A DNA stretch of 64,000 nt, taken from assembly GCF_009914755.1 (NCBI RefSeq), contig NC_060929.1; one strand, 5' to 3'. Below are positions 12,560 through 27,218 of this stretch, in pieces. Made by a program: the position numbers and the translations under genes. Numbering within the stretch: the first letter of the stretch is position 1; each line of letters opens with the position of its first letter. The notes under the pieces were generated by a model. That model was not told the DNA's origin and did no database searches. It was given only the letters and a program-made list of their open reading frames with translations. Origin of the DNA: the human T2T-CHM13v2.0 reference genome, Homo sapiens.

Positions 12560-12876
12560 TAAGCAATCAGCTAGAACCCAGGGTTCAGATTCCAACTGGG
12601 TTGACGCAGCACTCCCTTACTGCCAAGTTAGATAAGTTGAATTTGGCATGGTATATGGGCCTTTTTGGAAAGACCTTAAAACCCCATCTGTTCTATTTAT
12701 TTTAAAGATCCCGCTGCAGTTTTTAAAAGAGTAGGCATTTATTCTGAGGCAAATGTGGGACACCATATGAGAACTCAAGGCTGATAGCTGTGGGGCTAGT
12801 GACACTGATGTTATAACAATGACGGATGCTTACCACCACTACTGTCATCACTACCACCACTAACACCACCACCACC
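12560..12876 (+). mobile_element. Ancient tRNA-derived SINE, MamSINE1-like (Deu-related core, RTE-like tail)
   Basis: B-box-like ggttcagattcc, then agataagttga, agaccttaaaaccccatctg, ttaaagatccc...aagagtagg, caccatatgagaactcaag, gacggatgct and a (CAC/TAC)n tail, in the order I recall for MamSINE1. Confidence 0.65.
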
Positions 12877-15800
12877 TTAGCATGCTTAAAATTAAAAAGG
12901 AAAAGAAGAGAAAAAAATCAATAAGGAAAAACAAATGGGAGAAAGAGAAAAAAACCCTCTTAGATGTGATAAGACATGACCCAAAATAAAATCAAACCTA
13001 AAACTCTTCATACTGCTTTTGTGTCTCATTTTATTATATTTATAAAATCCAACCTGTTAACCAGGCTGCAGTTAAAGGAGGAGGAAGGAAACTTTAAAAG
13101 ACTAAGTGTTACTGCTTCTTTTGTGGTTTACAGCATCCCTCAGTTCCTCTGCTGAGGTGGATAGTGGTGAATACATGTTTTAACCCAAATGGAGCTTCGA
13201 GGTGCAATGGCACTTATAGGACACAGCTAATAACGGCTATGGCTTTTCATGACATCTCTTTGGTACGCTTCAGCATGACCTTGTCAAAGTTAAAAGCTCA
13301 TAAAATTCCTATTTACTTTATATGGCATTACAATTCTGCATAACAGTGCTTAAAACAAAAACACAGTATAATTATACTGTCAATCAAGCAGCTAAGAAAG
13401 GCATTTTCCACCAGCCTCATACCTAGCAAACTGTAAATAATTTATAAAACCAGAAGTCATGACTAAATGGCAGTGTTTGGGGGCTAGATAAGCACTTGTC
13501 ATAGTGCTGTGGTTTAAGAGAGCTGGGCAAAAACACTGCTTGTTTACTTTTATCCTGTGAGGGTGAAAAATTGTCCTTTGTGCTTGCCGTCTTTCCATTC
13601 GGGCTCTAATAAAAATATCAAATTGTCAATAGAAATTTGAACAGGTGTACAGTGAGAGGAATAATGATGTTTTATTCATAAGCATTTCCAGCCCATTTAA
13701 CTTCATCCAACAAACAACAAAAAATATTTTCTTCATTACCTCCAATTAATGTAAATGTCAAATGTGTTGAATATATTATCACACTGATAATTTGTTGTGT
13801 TGATTGATTTGTAGAATGTTTTGGATTAAAGTAACAATTTTTCTTACTTGACTCACAATTGCATGTTGTTATCTGTCACCTCTGGATTATGTAAATAACA
13901 AATTTGTTTCCATTAGATCTAGCAGTAATTCTGGTAAACAAGATTTTCAAAGTGTCACTGATTTCTGAGATTTCCAGCTCCTTCATTATTTTCAGTTATT
14001 TTATTAATTGTTAACTAGAATTTATTAGCTGTGGAAAGAAATTTACATCTCCTTCATGCTAATGACCTGATAACCCATTGTAAGAGCCTACAGTTTAAAA
14101 AGCAGCAGCAGAGTAAAATCCAAATAATTAAATTCTAAGTTTCACATATTTCTTTTGTGTTTTAAATTCTATCTGCAATCCAGAGTCCAGTATTTGCCTC
14201 TCAAAATATATTACAAAATAATCAATATGTAGATTAGGAGCCATTTCTGTAATTATTTTCATATTCACTTTAAAAAAAAAAATTTCTCTGCCCGTTAATC
14301 CTCTTATTAAATACATTTAGAATCAAAAAGTTGTGGTCAGTTTTTAAAGGCAAGATTTAATGATCCTTTAAGACATTTCTTAGTATGATAATGGAGAAAT
14401 TTTTTTTATTTAGATATCAATATATTTTATGTGCACATTTAAAGATAAGTGGGAAACCTCAGCAATTTTCTTCGTGATATTGGAGAAAAAGCTAGTGGGT
14501 TTTTTTTTTAATCTCCAACCATTATCTGACTATTTCAATTAACCTGTCTTTGTTAAGTGGTAAATAAAAAGGAGCTGAGGGTCTCCAAATATATATGAGC
14601 ATAACACTAAATCCTAGCTTTCTCGCCCTTTAATCACTCTTTATGCCTTGGTTCTCTATCCTGTGAAATGTGTATGTGTGGTTCATAAGAATACTAAATA
14701 TTTGTGAGACACCTAGTATGCTATTTTACCCATGGCAGATAGCCAACTTATTTCTATAGATTATTCCTCTCTGTCTCATTGCCCATGTGTAAATATCATC
14801 TAAATAATGATACGGTGCATTCTACAGAAATGTGATTATTTAAAAATTAATTCTTATATATGTATCTGGTATGGATTGCAACCTAACTCCTCAGATGGGT
14901 AGCAAATATAGCATTATTTATTTTTCAAGAGGCTAGCTTAAGTTTTAATCTATGGTCTTACCTAGGTTTAAACTCAGTTGACTCCTCATTTTTCTCCACC
15001 TTCCTCCATGGACTAGGTATAAATTCTCAGAAGCTTTTCTAGACCTTTAGGGAAGACTGTGTGATGGTTGTAGGATTTCCAGGGCTGTGAGCAAGGACTT
15101 CTTACTCTCAGCATTGTCACATGTCTCTCATTCATAGAGTTTGCATATCCGTTGTCCATGCTGAGTCAGTTTTCAATTCCATCTTTGAGGGTTCTTCTGG
15201 ATCTGGTCCTTGATAGCCATGTAAACGTTACTCTTTTACCACATTGGTCAAAGGAAGGCCGTGAGGTTCTTTTGGGTTCCCCTTATCTCAGTACTCTGTA
15301 CTGCCATATTATTTCTGGCATCTCACCAACTCTCCTGGGACTCGATCCAGGAAGCAAAGCAGAGTTTCCCTCCAGTATCAGATTCCACCATCTTCCAAGG
15401 GACACTCCTCTCATCTCTCCTTAACTTGGAGCTCAGTTCACAGATCAAGCCACAGGGCTCCCTTTCTCAGGCACATATATCCATTCACTCTTAGCATCCT
15501 TTACTTCCCCCTGTTTCCCACAAACTCCGGAAAAGGCAAGTCACTGTTTCACATCAAGTACTGTCCAGAATGGGTGGCCCTACCTTGCATTTCATCTGAG
15601 TCCTCTAAGGCCTGGACTTTTGAACCTCAAAGGCAGGAATTTCCACCTAGCTTTCTTCTACTTCCTGAGGTGGTGTTATGTCTCTTGAAGCTATGGCGTA
15701 AAAGACCTAGCTGATGAAACGGGGAAATGGTCATACAATATAAGAAAATAGAGGGTAAAATATACATGTCAAGCATTATCTTGCTACATAAAGTCTTAAA

Positions 15801-18800
15801 AATATTCCAACAACCACAAACGTATGAAAGAGAATTGCAAGAGTAAAATATGAAGCAACAACATTTGTTTTTAGGAGTTACTCAGTCTACCATTCATTCC
15901 TCATACCACCTTACTTCAACCTGAGAAGCATGGGGTGATAAGAAGGCTGAAAGTTATAGAAGTGTGCAGGCAAAGACCAAGAATCATGACATTGTATATC
16001 ATGATACGACAGGGACAGGTATAGCCACAGTCACCAATTATTGTCCATAAATACCACTCAATTTGAAGAATGGATTCTAAAATTGTAAGAAATCTTTTAG
16101 GTTTCATTAAATTTAAAAAAGTAAATTTATTTAGAAACATTCAAGTGCCCACTAGCCTTCACATTTAATGTTGACATGAATATCCCAAGGCATATGTAGT
16201 GCAGTCTCTCCTCGAAGACACGTCGTGCCCATTAGCTTTCAATTTAAGAGATGGGCTACATAAATGGCAAATCGCCACAGCTGATCTAGCAGGACACTTT
16301 CACAGTGTAGGCAGTTGTAGGGATACTGAAATGAACAGTAGCTTTCATGACGGGGCAGCAGCATCAGGATTTCAGTCTAAATGCCCTTTGTCATAAGTGT
16401 GACTATAGAAGCCTGGTCTCATTTTGTGTGTCACTGACTTAGTCAACCAGGAAAGCATTCTGAAAACTTAGAACCCTTATGAACAACATTCTCAAGGCAA
16501 TATTCTTCCAAGGTATTCCAGAAATAGAGATAAGAGCCATACCCCTAGAAAGCAGTATAACACAAGAACATCAGACAATGAGGTTTGTCTCTGGTCCATA
16601 ACCTGAGATAAGGGATGAACCAAGAAACTCAACTGCATGTTAAGAAAAAAAAAAAAAAAAAACCCACATACGTGCATATATACACACACAAATACACACA
16701 CTTAATTGTGGGCACACAATTAAGCCTTGGTTCATATTTTGTACATCTTGAAATAGCACCTTAATAACATTGAATGATATTAAATACTTTATATTTTTGC
16801 TATATTGCACACCATCATCTTGTTGCTCTTTAAAGCAGCCTAGCATATAGATTCATCTAAGTAAATGGATGGGCTGCCATACATCATATCTGTCCTCTCC
16901 ATTCATAAATTTTTTTGTGTATAAAAACATGTTCGCCTTAGGAAATCTCAAAACAGTCAAAATTCTGGAAAAATAAGTGATTCTTTGTGACCCTGAAATG
17001 GAAGTGGCATGAGTGTTTGATATAGATTAAAAACAATGACCAAAAGCAATTCATCCTTGAAAATAAATACCATAAATGGGGTCCAGGTAAACAAATGAGC
17101 AATAAATGCCCCCTAGTTACAGTCCAGGTATGAGAAGCAACCAAAGGCTTATATGGAAATTGACTATTACTGTACATTTTCTATTATTGTTAATCAAATA
17201 GAAATATGCGAATGCTGACGCTATGATAGCAGCAAGCTAGCCAACAGTTGAAACTTGGCATTATATAGTATTAGAGTTGAAGTGCAGTTAGAAGACACTC
17301 TGTGGTAATAAATATTATGTTCAAAGCTTTAAGCCAGCACTTCAATAGGCTCTCGAGACCCACTTTAAGATTGGCAGGCCCTGGTGGCTCCTCACTGGAG
17401 GGCCATTCTGCCAACTCTAGAAGTATTTTACAGCAAATCAGGAACTTCTCTTTGTTTTACCTTCTACCTTCAAATGATAAATAGCCTTAGAGATTTGTGA
17501 TAAAACAAAGTGGTCTTTAGAAGCTGGCACTAGGTCACAACTTATTCATTAGGCCTGGGGTTAAATATTCTCTGAGTGTTTATTATGAACTTTATAGTAG
17601 TCAAAATTTCCACTAAAGAAAATCAGTCTAATTAGGAAATTTTCCAACAGGACAACTAAAATAAAACGTATTTTAAAGTGATCAGAAAGTGGATCTAATA
17701 AGAAATATGATGATAATCTGCAAAGCCAGCTCCATGCAAATTATATTTACACATGGAGGGATTTGGGAATTATTTTTCCTGACTTGCATACCAGGCTAAA
17801 TATTTTAATAAAAGAAATTGCATCTAAGTCTGAGAAGTCAACCATGCACTGAAGAGGTTCTGCAGCCTTTTAATAGCACAGTACTACGCTTAATAAAGAT
17901 GATAATGCTTAATTGCATATTGATCTTTGGATTTTTTATATTCCTCGATCTATTCATCAATAAAAAAACATTAACCACAGACTCTGCTTAGCACTCTGCT
18001 AGAGCTTGTGGTGGGACTCACGTAAAATAAATAAAAGTTTCACTTCTTTTGAGTTTGTTGCAATAAATTTTGAAACACAAGAAGTCAATTCATGGGAGAA
18101 GAAACATTGATATGTAACATATGACAAGATGGTATGCTAGCTGGTATTTCAGATGAGAAGAGAATTAAAGATTATATTGGGCTAAAAGCAATCAAGAAAA
18201 TCTTTAGAAAGGTTTGGGTTGAAGGAAATTAAATAATTACAATTTCAAAGAGGTAGTGGAAACAGTTTAATAAAAGAAAAATGCAGGCCAAAACACTTGT
18301 TTAAAATCGTATCTTTCAGTAAATGTGATAAGGAGACCCTAAGTGCTAGTGAGACTATCACTGTGTTTTCCTACAATCTGTTGCCATTAGAAGAGGGGAG
18401 GCCAGTAGTGAAAATCTACAATTCCAAACGGTTCAACATGTAAGAGAAGAAGAAACGAAAATGAAGACAAAAGGTCAAGAAATGCTTCCTGCTGTAGGTG
18501 TCAGTAAGATTTGGTGTGGATTTGTTATAAAGCAGAACAAATACAGAAATCATTATAGGGTTCCAAGTTTGGGGAACCAGGTGAAGCACAGTCCCATGGA
18601 CAGGAAGACAGTGATGATAAGTCAGTGTGAGGCATCACTCAGTGTGAGAAACATTTCCAAGAATCTGGTATAGCAGGAGTTGAGTACTAGTAGAAGCCTT
18701 TCTAGGCAACAAGAGTGTGATTAATATTCTTATTTTAAAAATATTTTGTAGCTAACATATGCTATAGTTATAAGTTAACAATTATTCAATGCCTATTCTG

Positions 18801-19569
18801 TGTTTAACCCTGAGCGAAGCTTTGTATCCGCAATGCCCCCACTTAATCTAATTATACTGTTCTGAAGATTTATAGAGGAGAGGTAGTAGAAATAATTTTC
18901 TGGTTTAGCCTGGTTTTAGTTTTAGAATAGTCAGCAGTCCCCTAGACCTCAACATTTATGATTTGGTTTTCATTTAGTGGGGATTGGGAGGGTGTACAGG
19001 GAGCATGTGGGTCGAAGTTTTTACTTGTGGGTTTCTAGAGACTTAAAAAAAAAAAAGAAAAGGCAATGAAGAGAATGGTATGAAGTTTGTTCCTCAGCTT
19101 AGGCCCTGAGAACTAAGTTTGAACCCCATTTAAAGAGAAGCTTTAGGTAGGAACAGAAAGAACTGTTTACACAATGGTGTTGAAGTAACACAGAACAAAG
19201 GCAATTCCACTTAGGTCCAGTTATGATAACATGTGACCCAGAATGGGAGGGATGAATATTTCACTCAATTCAACTGGGCACCTAGAGCACTCAGGCACTA
19301 TGATAGTTCTAGAGCACCTCTGTCATTACATGACTATGGAGGAATCAGCAGAACATGGTAGAAATGAGATGCCAGGATGAGATGATAAATGCTTGGGGAC
19401 CCGGTGTCCACGTGGACGAAGTCTACCTTATGGGGGTAGATTTTTTTGTGTGTACGTAAGAAATATCCCTTTAGGACTCCCAGAAGTACTTGAGTAAGCA
19501 CAAAGAGAAGAGGACTTTGCCGGAGACTGGAAGTTACGTTATTCAGGTGAGGGCAAGAGCAGGTAAGAT

Positions 19570-20360
19570 TTTATCTATTCATTTATTAAGCAACTAGTTA
19601 TTGAATGCTGCGGTGTTTCAGACAATATTCTGGGAAACAAAGCAAACCAAGAAAGACACTGCTAATGGTTAGAATAGTAGAGATACAAACTAATTAATAA
19701 ATGGTGAAAAATCAGCATAATTATTGCTAAAGTGAGGAGCTCAGAAGACAGCCAAAAATCCCAGATAAGGAGTGCCACAGATGGATTCCCAAGAAAAATA
19801 CCATTTAAACTGAGACCTAGAATGTGAGTAGGACTAAGCTAGGTAAAGCTGGGAAGATGGGAGTTCCATTCCACAGGAACAACTGTGTAGATTCTCAAGG
19901 CCAGAGCTGATCCCTTGAAGGAATCAAAAGCTGGATTAAATGGCCAGAGTGTATGAGGTCAATAAAGAAAGACATGAGGCTAGAGAATAGCCCTTGAGTT
20001 TAGACTTGATTTTGAAGACAATGGAAAGTGATTGAAGTGCTTCTTCTTTGTTAGATTTACCTTTCAGAAAGATCACTCTGATCATCCTGTGGAGGACAGA
20101 ATTAAGGGAAAAAAGACTAGCAGGATGTGGATGCTGGTAAGGCTGGGAGACTCTTTCGTTATCGTAGTCCTAGATGATGGTATTCTGAACTAGGACGCTG
20201 ACAGGGAAATGAAGAAAAGGGAACAAAGTTGAGAAACACTTAAGCAGTTGAATAGAAAGGACAAGGTGATTGAACGTGAATGATTAGGAAGTTAAAGAAC
20301 AAAGTCATACTATTGGCTTGGGCAGCTAAGGAATAAGTGGCCCCATTTCCTGAGCTCAGC
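19570..20360 (-). mobile_element. L2 LINE 3' portion
   Basis: attcatttattaagcaactagttattgaatgc terminus; tttaaactgagacctagaatg; tttcagaaagatcactctg. Confidence 0.75.
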
Positions 20361-20399
20361 ACCATAAGGGTGGTGACGACTGAGTCAGAAATGCAAACA

Positions 20400-21455
20400 A
20401 AGCTTACAAGTCTGTCTTCTTATGGGTTCCAAGGCCCCACACTTGCCTGGCTTTTCTTTTAATATTTATCATAACTCCTTGTCAGTTTCTTTGTAAGTGT
20501 TTTCTCATTTCTCTGACCTCTACCTTTTGAATTGCTCCAAGGCTCAGCCCTGGGAGCTCAATTCTTTTCCATCTACAGTGATTCCCAAGATAATCCACCT
20601 ACTCTCATGGCTTCAAATTCTGTCTATAAACAGATTATTCCCAGCATAATTTTTCCATTCAAATATCTGCACTAAACTCTGGATGCTTTTAATCAATTGT
20701 CAATGTGCATCTCCACCTGGATGTCTGATGGGTATTGAAGACACTTAGCTGAGCTACATCCAAAGCTGAGCTCCTTATTCCATCTCCTCCTGTTTCTTTA
20801 TATATTCATTACTTTTCATGACAAAAACTGCAATTACTTTTGCACCAAACTAACAATTTCATCAAGCAGCTTCCCCTATGTTCTGGGTCCTGGCTGGTCT
20901 CTGTACTTCTTCCCTTTAGCCAAGTAGCTAATGTGATCTCAGCATCGAATAAATAGAGACCAGGTGGGAAGTTTTGCAGTAATTGAGGAGAATGATGTTG
21001 CTGGACAATTCAAGGTGGTAATACAGTAGGTGGTGAGATGTGGTTGGATTATGGATATAGTTTGAATTTATTAATCATATTTCTGCTTCAGAGCCTTCAC
21101 GATCTCTTTCATGTAATGTTTTCCCTCCAGATACTGCCAAAGCCCAACTTCCTCACATTCTTAGTAACCCCTCTCTAGGCCTCCTTATAAAACATTTCAT
21201 TTTACCCCAACGTTTTCCATTCCCTTTCCCTGATTTATGTATTTCTCTCATCCCTAGTGCCTCTTTAACATTCTGTTTATTTTACCTGCCTATACCATGT
21301 TGGTTGTACTCCCACTAGAGTGCAATCTCCATGAGACAGAAATACCACTTTCCCCTTAGTTCTCTACCCCATCCCCATGCATATAATAGTGCCTGGCATG
21401 TAACACAGCCAGTGTTCAATACATATTTGTGAAATGACTGGATGAATTGATTAAT
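20400..21455 (+). mobile_element. L2 LINE 3' portion, internally rearranged
   Basis: ctctcatggcttcaaatt, catctccacctggatgtct, terminus agtgcctggcatgtaac...ttcaatacatatttgtgaaatgactggatgaa; internal ~20860-21066 is in the opposite orientation. Confidence 0.7.
20807..20853. mobile_element. Half MADE1 (Hsmar1-derived MITE), one TIR only
   Basis: cattacttttcatgacaaaaactgcaattacttttgcaccaaactaa equals the right half of MADE1. Confidence 0.8.
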
Positions 21456-23059
21456 TTCAAAGTAGTTGAATGAAGGAATAGCATCTAGAAATAATATACA
21501 TACTAACATTGCTGAAAGCTACTTGGTCTTACTGGACCATTTTGAGAAATGTAGTAAGAGGTTTCCATACCAAGAATCTCTAGAGTGAGTCAATGAAAAC
21601 CAGCAACTAGTAGTAACATTTACCACATTAGAAGGAATCTGGAATAAAAATAGAATCAAAATTAAGAAGGAGCCTTGTAGATAATATAATTAATTTTTCT
21701 TCTAACACAAGAAAATTGATTATATAGCTTTAGAAATAAAGTATCAGAACTCTTAATCCCAAGGCAAAGTAACTGCTAAGAGAAATAAAATATTTCCAAA
21801 CATCCATGAAATGATGCTGTTATTTTACTTCCTCGAAATTCCATTTTTCTCTCTAGCAATTTATTAGAGAGTATCATGACAAAAGTACTGCCCTCAACCT
21901 ATGGCATAGAGACATTTTGTATTACAAAGACTTTGTTTAATGAAGCAGAGCTTTTACTACTTACAAATGTTAAGAACTTAGATTTGGCCCAGAGAAAATA
22001 AAACCATTGGTGTAAAACTTCAGTGAAAACAAGTCAAGGAAGAATCAAGATTTTGGTGTTGACTTCTTTTTAACCATGGTTTCCTTTGCTTTAAAACAAA
22101 ATTATATGGAAAGAGCAGAATATATAGAAAAACTTTTTTTCTAATATTAAATTTATAAAATATATGATTACTAGGAAAAAAATAAGTTGCATATTAGGTA
22201 TATTCGGCTTATAATGAAGATATATTTGAGTGCTAGTCTGGAACTTTCTGTATTCTATGTAATGCACAGATAATGAGTCTCAGTTGTTTTCTGTTATACT
22301 CTATCATTTTCCAGGGGCTCATAAATTATACAATACTCTGCTTAATCTTCCACACCTCCTCTTGCTTCTCTCTTTTCTGTTTACACATTCTGAGTATATG
22401 TCAGCCAATATCAGCATTTTGATTACAAGCAGAATGAAACTTCTTCCAAAACCTGTTAGCATATAGAGCAACATATCTCGTAATATTTTTTCTTATTTTT
22501 CTCCCCACAAATCCATAAGTGGTATAACATTTCTTTTTGCCATTGCATGAACTCGGCATTTCTAACTAGCCAGAGATTAGCTTTCCGTGTGTTCATGAAG
22601 CATTAAAGCTTTGCTGAACAAAACAGCTCCTTCTGACCTCTGCTAGAAAAGTGGAATATCTTTAAACATACCCTTTTTATTAGTGGATTTTTCCATTTGC
22701 AATTTGTTCCCCAAATCTCTTCCCTGTGGCTTATGCTGTTGGCCCTGCTTGTGTGACCGTGTATAAAAAAAATCGTTATTTGTGTCCTGCAAAACTTTAA
22801 TGAAATTTGGGGTCACAATTAAATTATACTATATTTGGTTAATTAGCAAATAGTTTAGTTTACGGAATGCAAAGTCAGCAGAACCCAGCCAACTTAGAGG
22901 TAAAATAAGATCCAGATGTGCGTTTCACATTCCTCTCTAAGAGCAGGGAAATATTAAGGCTGTCATTCTTGATATCTGAAAAACTTTAGGTGGAGCCAAC
23001 AAAATAGCTGTTTAAATATGTGAATTAAATGAAAAAATAGAATAGATGCTTACTCTGGT

Positions 23060-23450
23060 AAATAAATTTTAAAAATATGGTGTATCCATACCATAAAAAA
23101 GAATAAAATACTCATACATCATACAAAATGAATGAAACTCAGAAACATTATGCTAAGTGAAAGAAGTCAGAAAAAAGACCACATACTGCATGTGTCCATC
23201 TATATGAAATGTCCAGAGGAGGCAAATCTGAAGACACAGAGAATAGATTAGTGGTTGCCTAGTCTGAGAGTGGAAATGAGGATTAACTATAAATAGGCTC
23301 GAGGATTTTATCAGGGTGATGAAAATATTCTAAAATTGGATCACAATGATGGTTGCAAAACTCAGTAACTTTACTAAAAATCTTTTAATTGCACTAAAAC
23401 GCATAGTTTTGTGCTTTGTCAGTTATACCTCAACAATGTTGTAAAGAAAT
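23060..23450 (+). mobile_element. Old L1M (L1MB8/L1ME-like) 3' end
   Basis: aaacattatgctaagtgaaagaagtcag...ggcaaatct...agattagtggttgcctag...gttatacctcaac. Confidence 0.85.
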
Positions 23451-23614
23451 AATGTAGATGCTTAGGTTTATGTACTAATAAATACCACATATGCTGCTTC
23501 TGAAGGTCATCATTCTTTTCCATGGCAATAGCATTCTAAAATGTCAATCAAAAACTACCACCAAAAAGTAAAGGTTTTTTAAAGATATGTGTAACTAATA
23601 GAAAGTAACAGACA

Positions 23615-23970
<356 letters not shown>

Positions 23971-24380
23971 TCACCCTCTAAAAAGCAAAAAACAAACAAA
24001 AATAATATTGACAGTTCTCCATGACTATCATACTTAGTTCATACTTAGTTTCAGCAATCTGTTACTCTATTGCCCCAAAGCGTAAATATCATCCTCATTT
24101 ATTCTATGCCAAGAAGTACTAGAAATAATCCCATTAATATCTTTTTAGATTTTTCCAAAACCAGAGTTAAATACATATATATTATGCCTTCAAAAAACAC
24201 ACAAGTAGTTGCCTTTCTTCTAAAATACTAAATGAATACATAAATGCATTTTGAACATTCAAATAAATAACATCAGTAAAATGCCCCCTTCTGCTTTCCA
24301 ATATCTTAGTGGAACTTGATGATTTCATAAAATTGAAGTAGTTGGGAGAATTGTCTTCAAGATTACGGACAGTCACATAA

Positions 24381-25128
<748 letters not shown>

Positions 25129-25554
25129 ATCTAAGTCCATTTTAAAGTATATGTTTTATTCAGGGGTTATCTTTATGTATTCTGTTTACTTTTTTATTTA
25201 TGTAGAGATTTGAATATTAACATGAATAATAAACAACTGACTTGCTTTGAATATTTTATTTTGAAATTTATTTTTATTATGGATGATGGCTTAATGGTAA
25301 TTCCTGATTTGTGCTTATAGGCATGGATCAAGGATGCTGACTTGTGCCCAGAGCGATTCAGCTTATGACTTTGGCCTCTGAGAGATTAGTCAATAATCAG
25401 CAGAAGTCTTCACATCCAAAATGCACCTTCTTGGTATCAACTACTAACTTACTCAATAGAGGAAGTATTCAGAAAATCTATCACTTCGGTATATCATCCA
25501 CTGGCCAAGAAGCTTGAATTCTGAACAGTTCAATGCTGTTCAATGATATGAGCT

Positions 25555-25865
25555 GCCTGGTCATAAATCTCAAAGGCCTGAAGAAGTCAGGTGTACATCA
25601 ATAGGGAGATAAGTCTGGAAAACAGATAAGCCATTTAAAAGGGGCAACCATCACCCAGTTCTAATTAAGCTCTGCTACATGAAACAGCATGCCCAGTGTG
25701 ATATGATCTTCTGAATTTTCAAGGGAAGCTGAAAAGCTGGATACTCATGTGAAATGTCTCAATTGTTAAATGTTGACAACTAATTCAAAAAGTTTTAAAC
25801 ATTGTACATGGGAAACAAAACTTACCAGAGGATCGGGTCTCATAGTGGCCAACTCAGTACTTCTG
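25555..25865 (-). mobile_element. MER102 hAT-Charlie element
   Basis: gatcttctgaattttcaagggaagctg...atgtgaaatgtctc...taaatgttgacaactaattcaaaa is antisense to MER102. Confidence 0.65.
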
Positions 25866-26514
25866 CCTTATGAGGAAATCTCATCTACATTTTTGTTGTG
25901 CAGAACCCTTAGTGATAGAGTGGCTGCCTGCATATCTGCTCCTACCAGTGTTACAGCTTGGCCTTTGTCCTGGCACAACCTCATCCTTTTGCCTAAAACC
26001 TCTTCCTCATCCATGCTTACCAAGCAAACTCCTAATTTTCTATTATTCTCTATCATCTTCCATTCGTATTCCTGGTGCTCCTCCAATGTAGCATTTTTTT
26101 CTGTATTAGAGCAATTTTATGCATAATTATTTAAATGACTCTCTAGGTGAAAACAGTTCTTGGATACTCCTTGAAGACAGGTTATCTTCTGTTCTCGTTT
26201 TGTGTTCGCATAGTAACTGACAGGCAGTTGACACTCAAATGGTTGACGAACAAGTGAGTGAATTAATTACTTATGTTAAAAAGGATTAGATTCACATTTT
26301 ACTTCTGCTACTGATTGTTAAATAACCTGAGAAAAGTCTTGGATGAGAGAGTATTTGAGGGCAAAAATAAGGAAAATAGCAAAGAAAAGTCACTTTCACT
26401 TCTGGGGCTTCAGTTGTCTTGTGTGTAAAGAATGCACTGGATTGGAATCCCAATGTGGTCTTTAATACTCTATTTTGATGATAGTGTGATAGTTACATTA
26501 ACAAAATTGCTAAT

Positions 26515-26670
26515 AACATCAGTAGTAAATGAATATTCAACCTTTATGTGCAAGTAACTATGATAAGTGCCTTCAAGGCAGTATCTCACTTAATCATCTC
26601 ATGATATTGTAATGTAGATATTATTTTTGTCCCTATTATATGGATAACAAAAGTATACTGGGAGAAATAC
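26515..26670 (-). mobile_element. MIR SINE
   Basis: tatctcacttaatcatctc...ttgtccctattatatggataacaaa. Confidence 0.55.
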
Positions 26671-26862
26671 ATTTGTTTTAAAACTTTCACATACAAGAAA
26701 TGCGAAGTATTTGTCCACTTTGCTGTGACTTCTTTTTTCTCCTGGGTCTGTGAATCATAATAACTGAAGTTCCCTTTGTTTCATATTGTAATTACAGTAA
26801 GATACAAAGCTAGTAATTTTCTCTATGGAATACTGCATTTCTCCTACACCAAGTCACGCAGG

Positions 26863-27029
26863 ATCATGCTACTCAAAGAATGGTCCATGGACAAGCAGCA
26901 ACAGTCTCACCTGGGAGTTAATTAGAAATGCAGAATCATTATCTCCAGCCTAGACCTGAGAATCAGAATCTGCATTTTAACAAGGTTCCCAGGTAACTCC
27001 AATGCATTCTAAAGTTTCAGAAGCATTAG
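26863..27029. mobile_element. MER5A hAT-Charlie MITE
   Basis: ctcaaagaatggtcc...cacctgggagttaattagaaatgcagaatc...aatcagaatctgcattttaacaag...aaagtttcagaagca. Confidence 0.85.
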
Positions 27030-27218
27030 CATAGAGGAAACTTATTCCTGGTTTATCAACATAATTATCTCCATAGGAAGACAGAAGGAGTGCCTTCAAA
27101 AAGAGAAGCAGAGGATAAGAACATATGGAAAGAATTACCTTGATGTGAACCTAAAGTTATGAGACTAGGTGTAGACATTACTCAAATCGACATTTGAGAG
27201 AAGACTGCAGTATCTATT

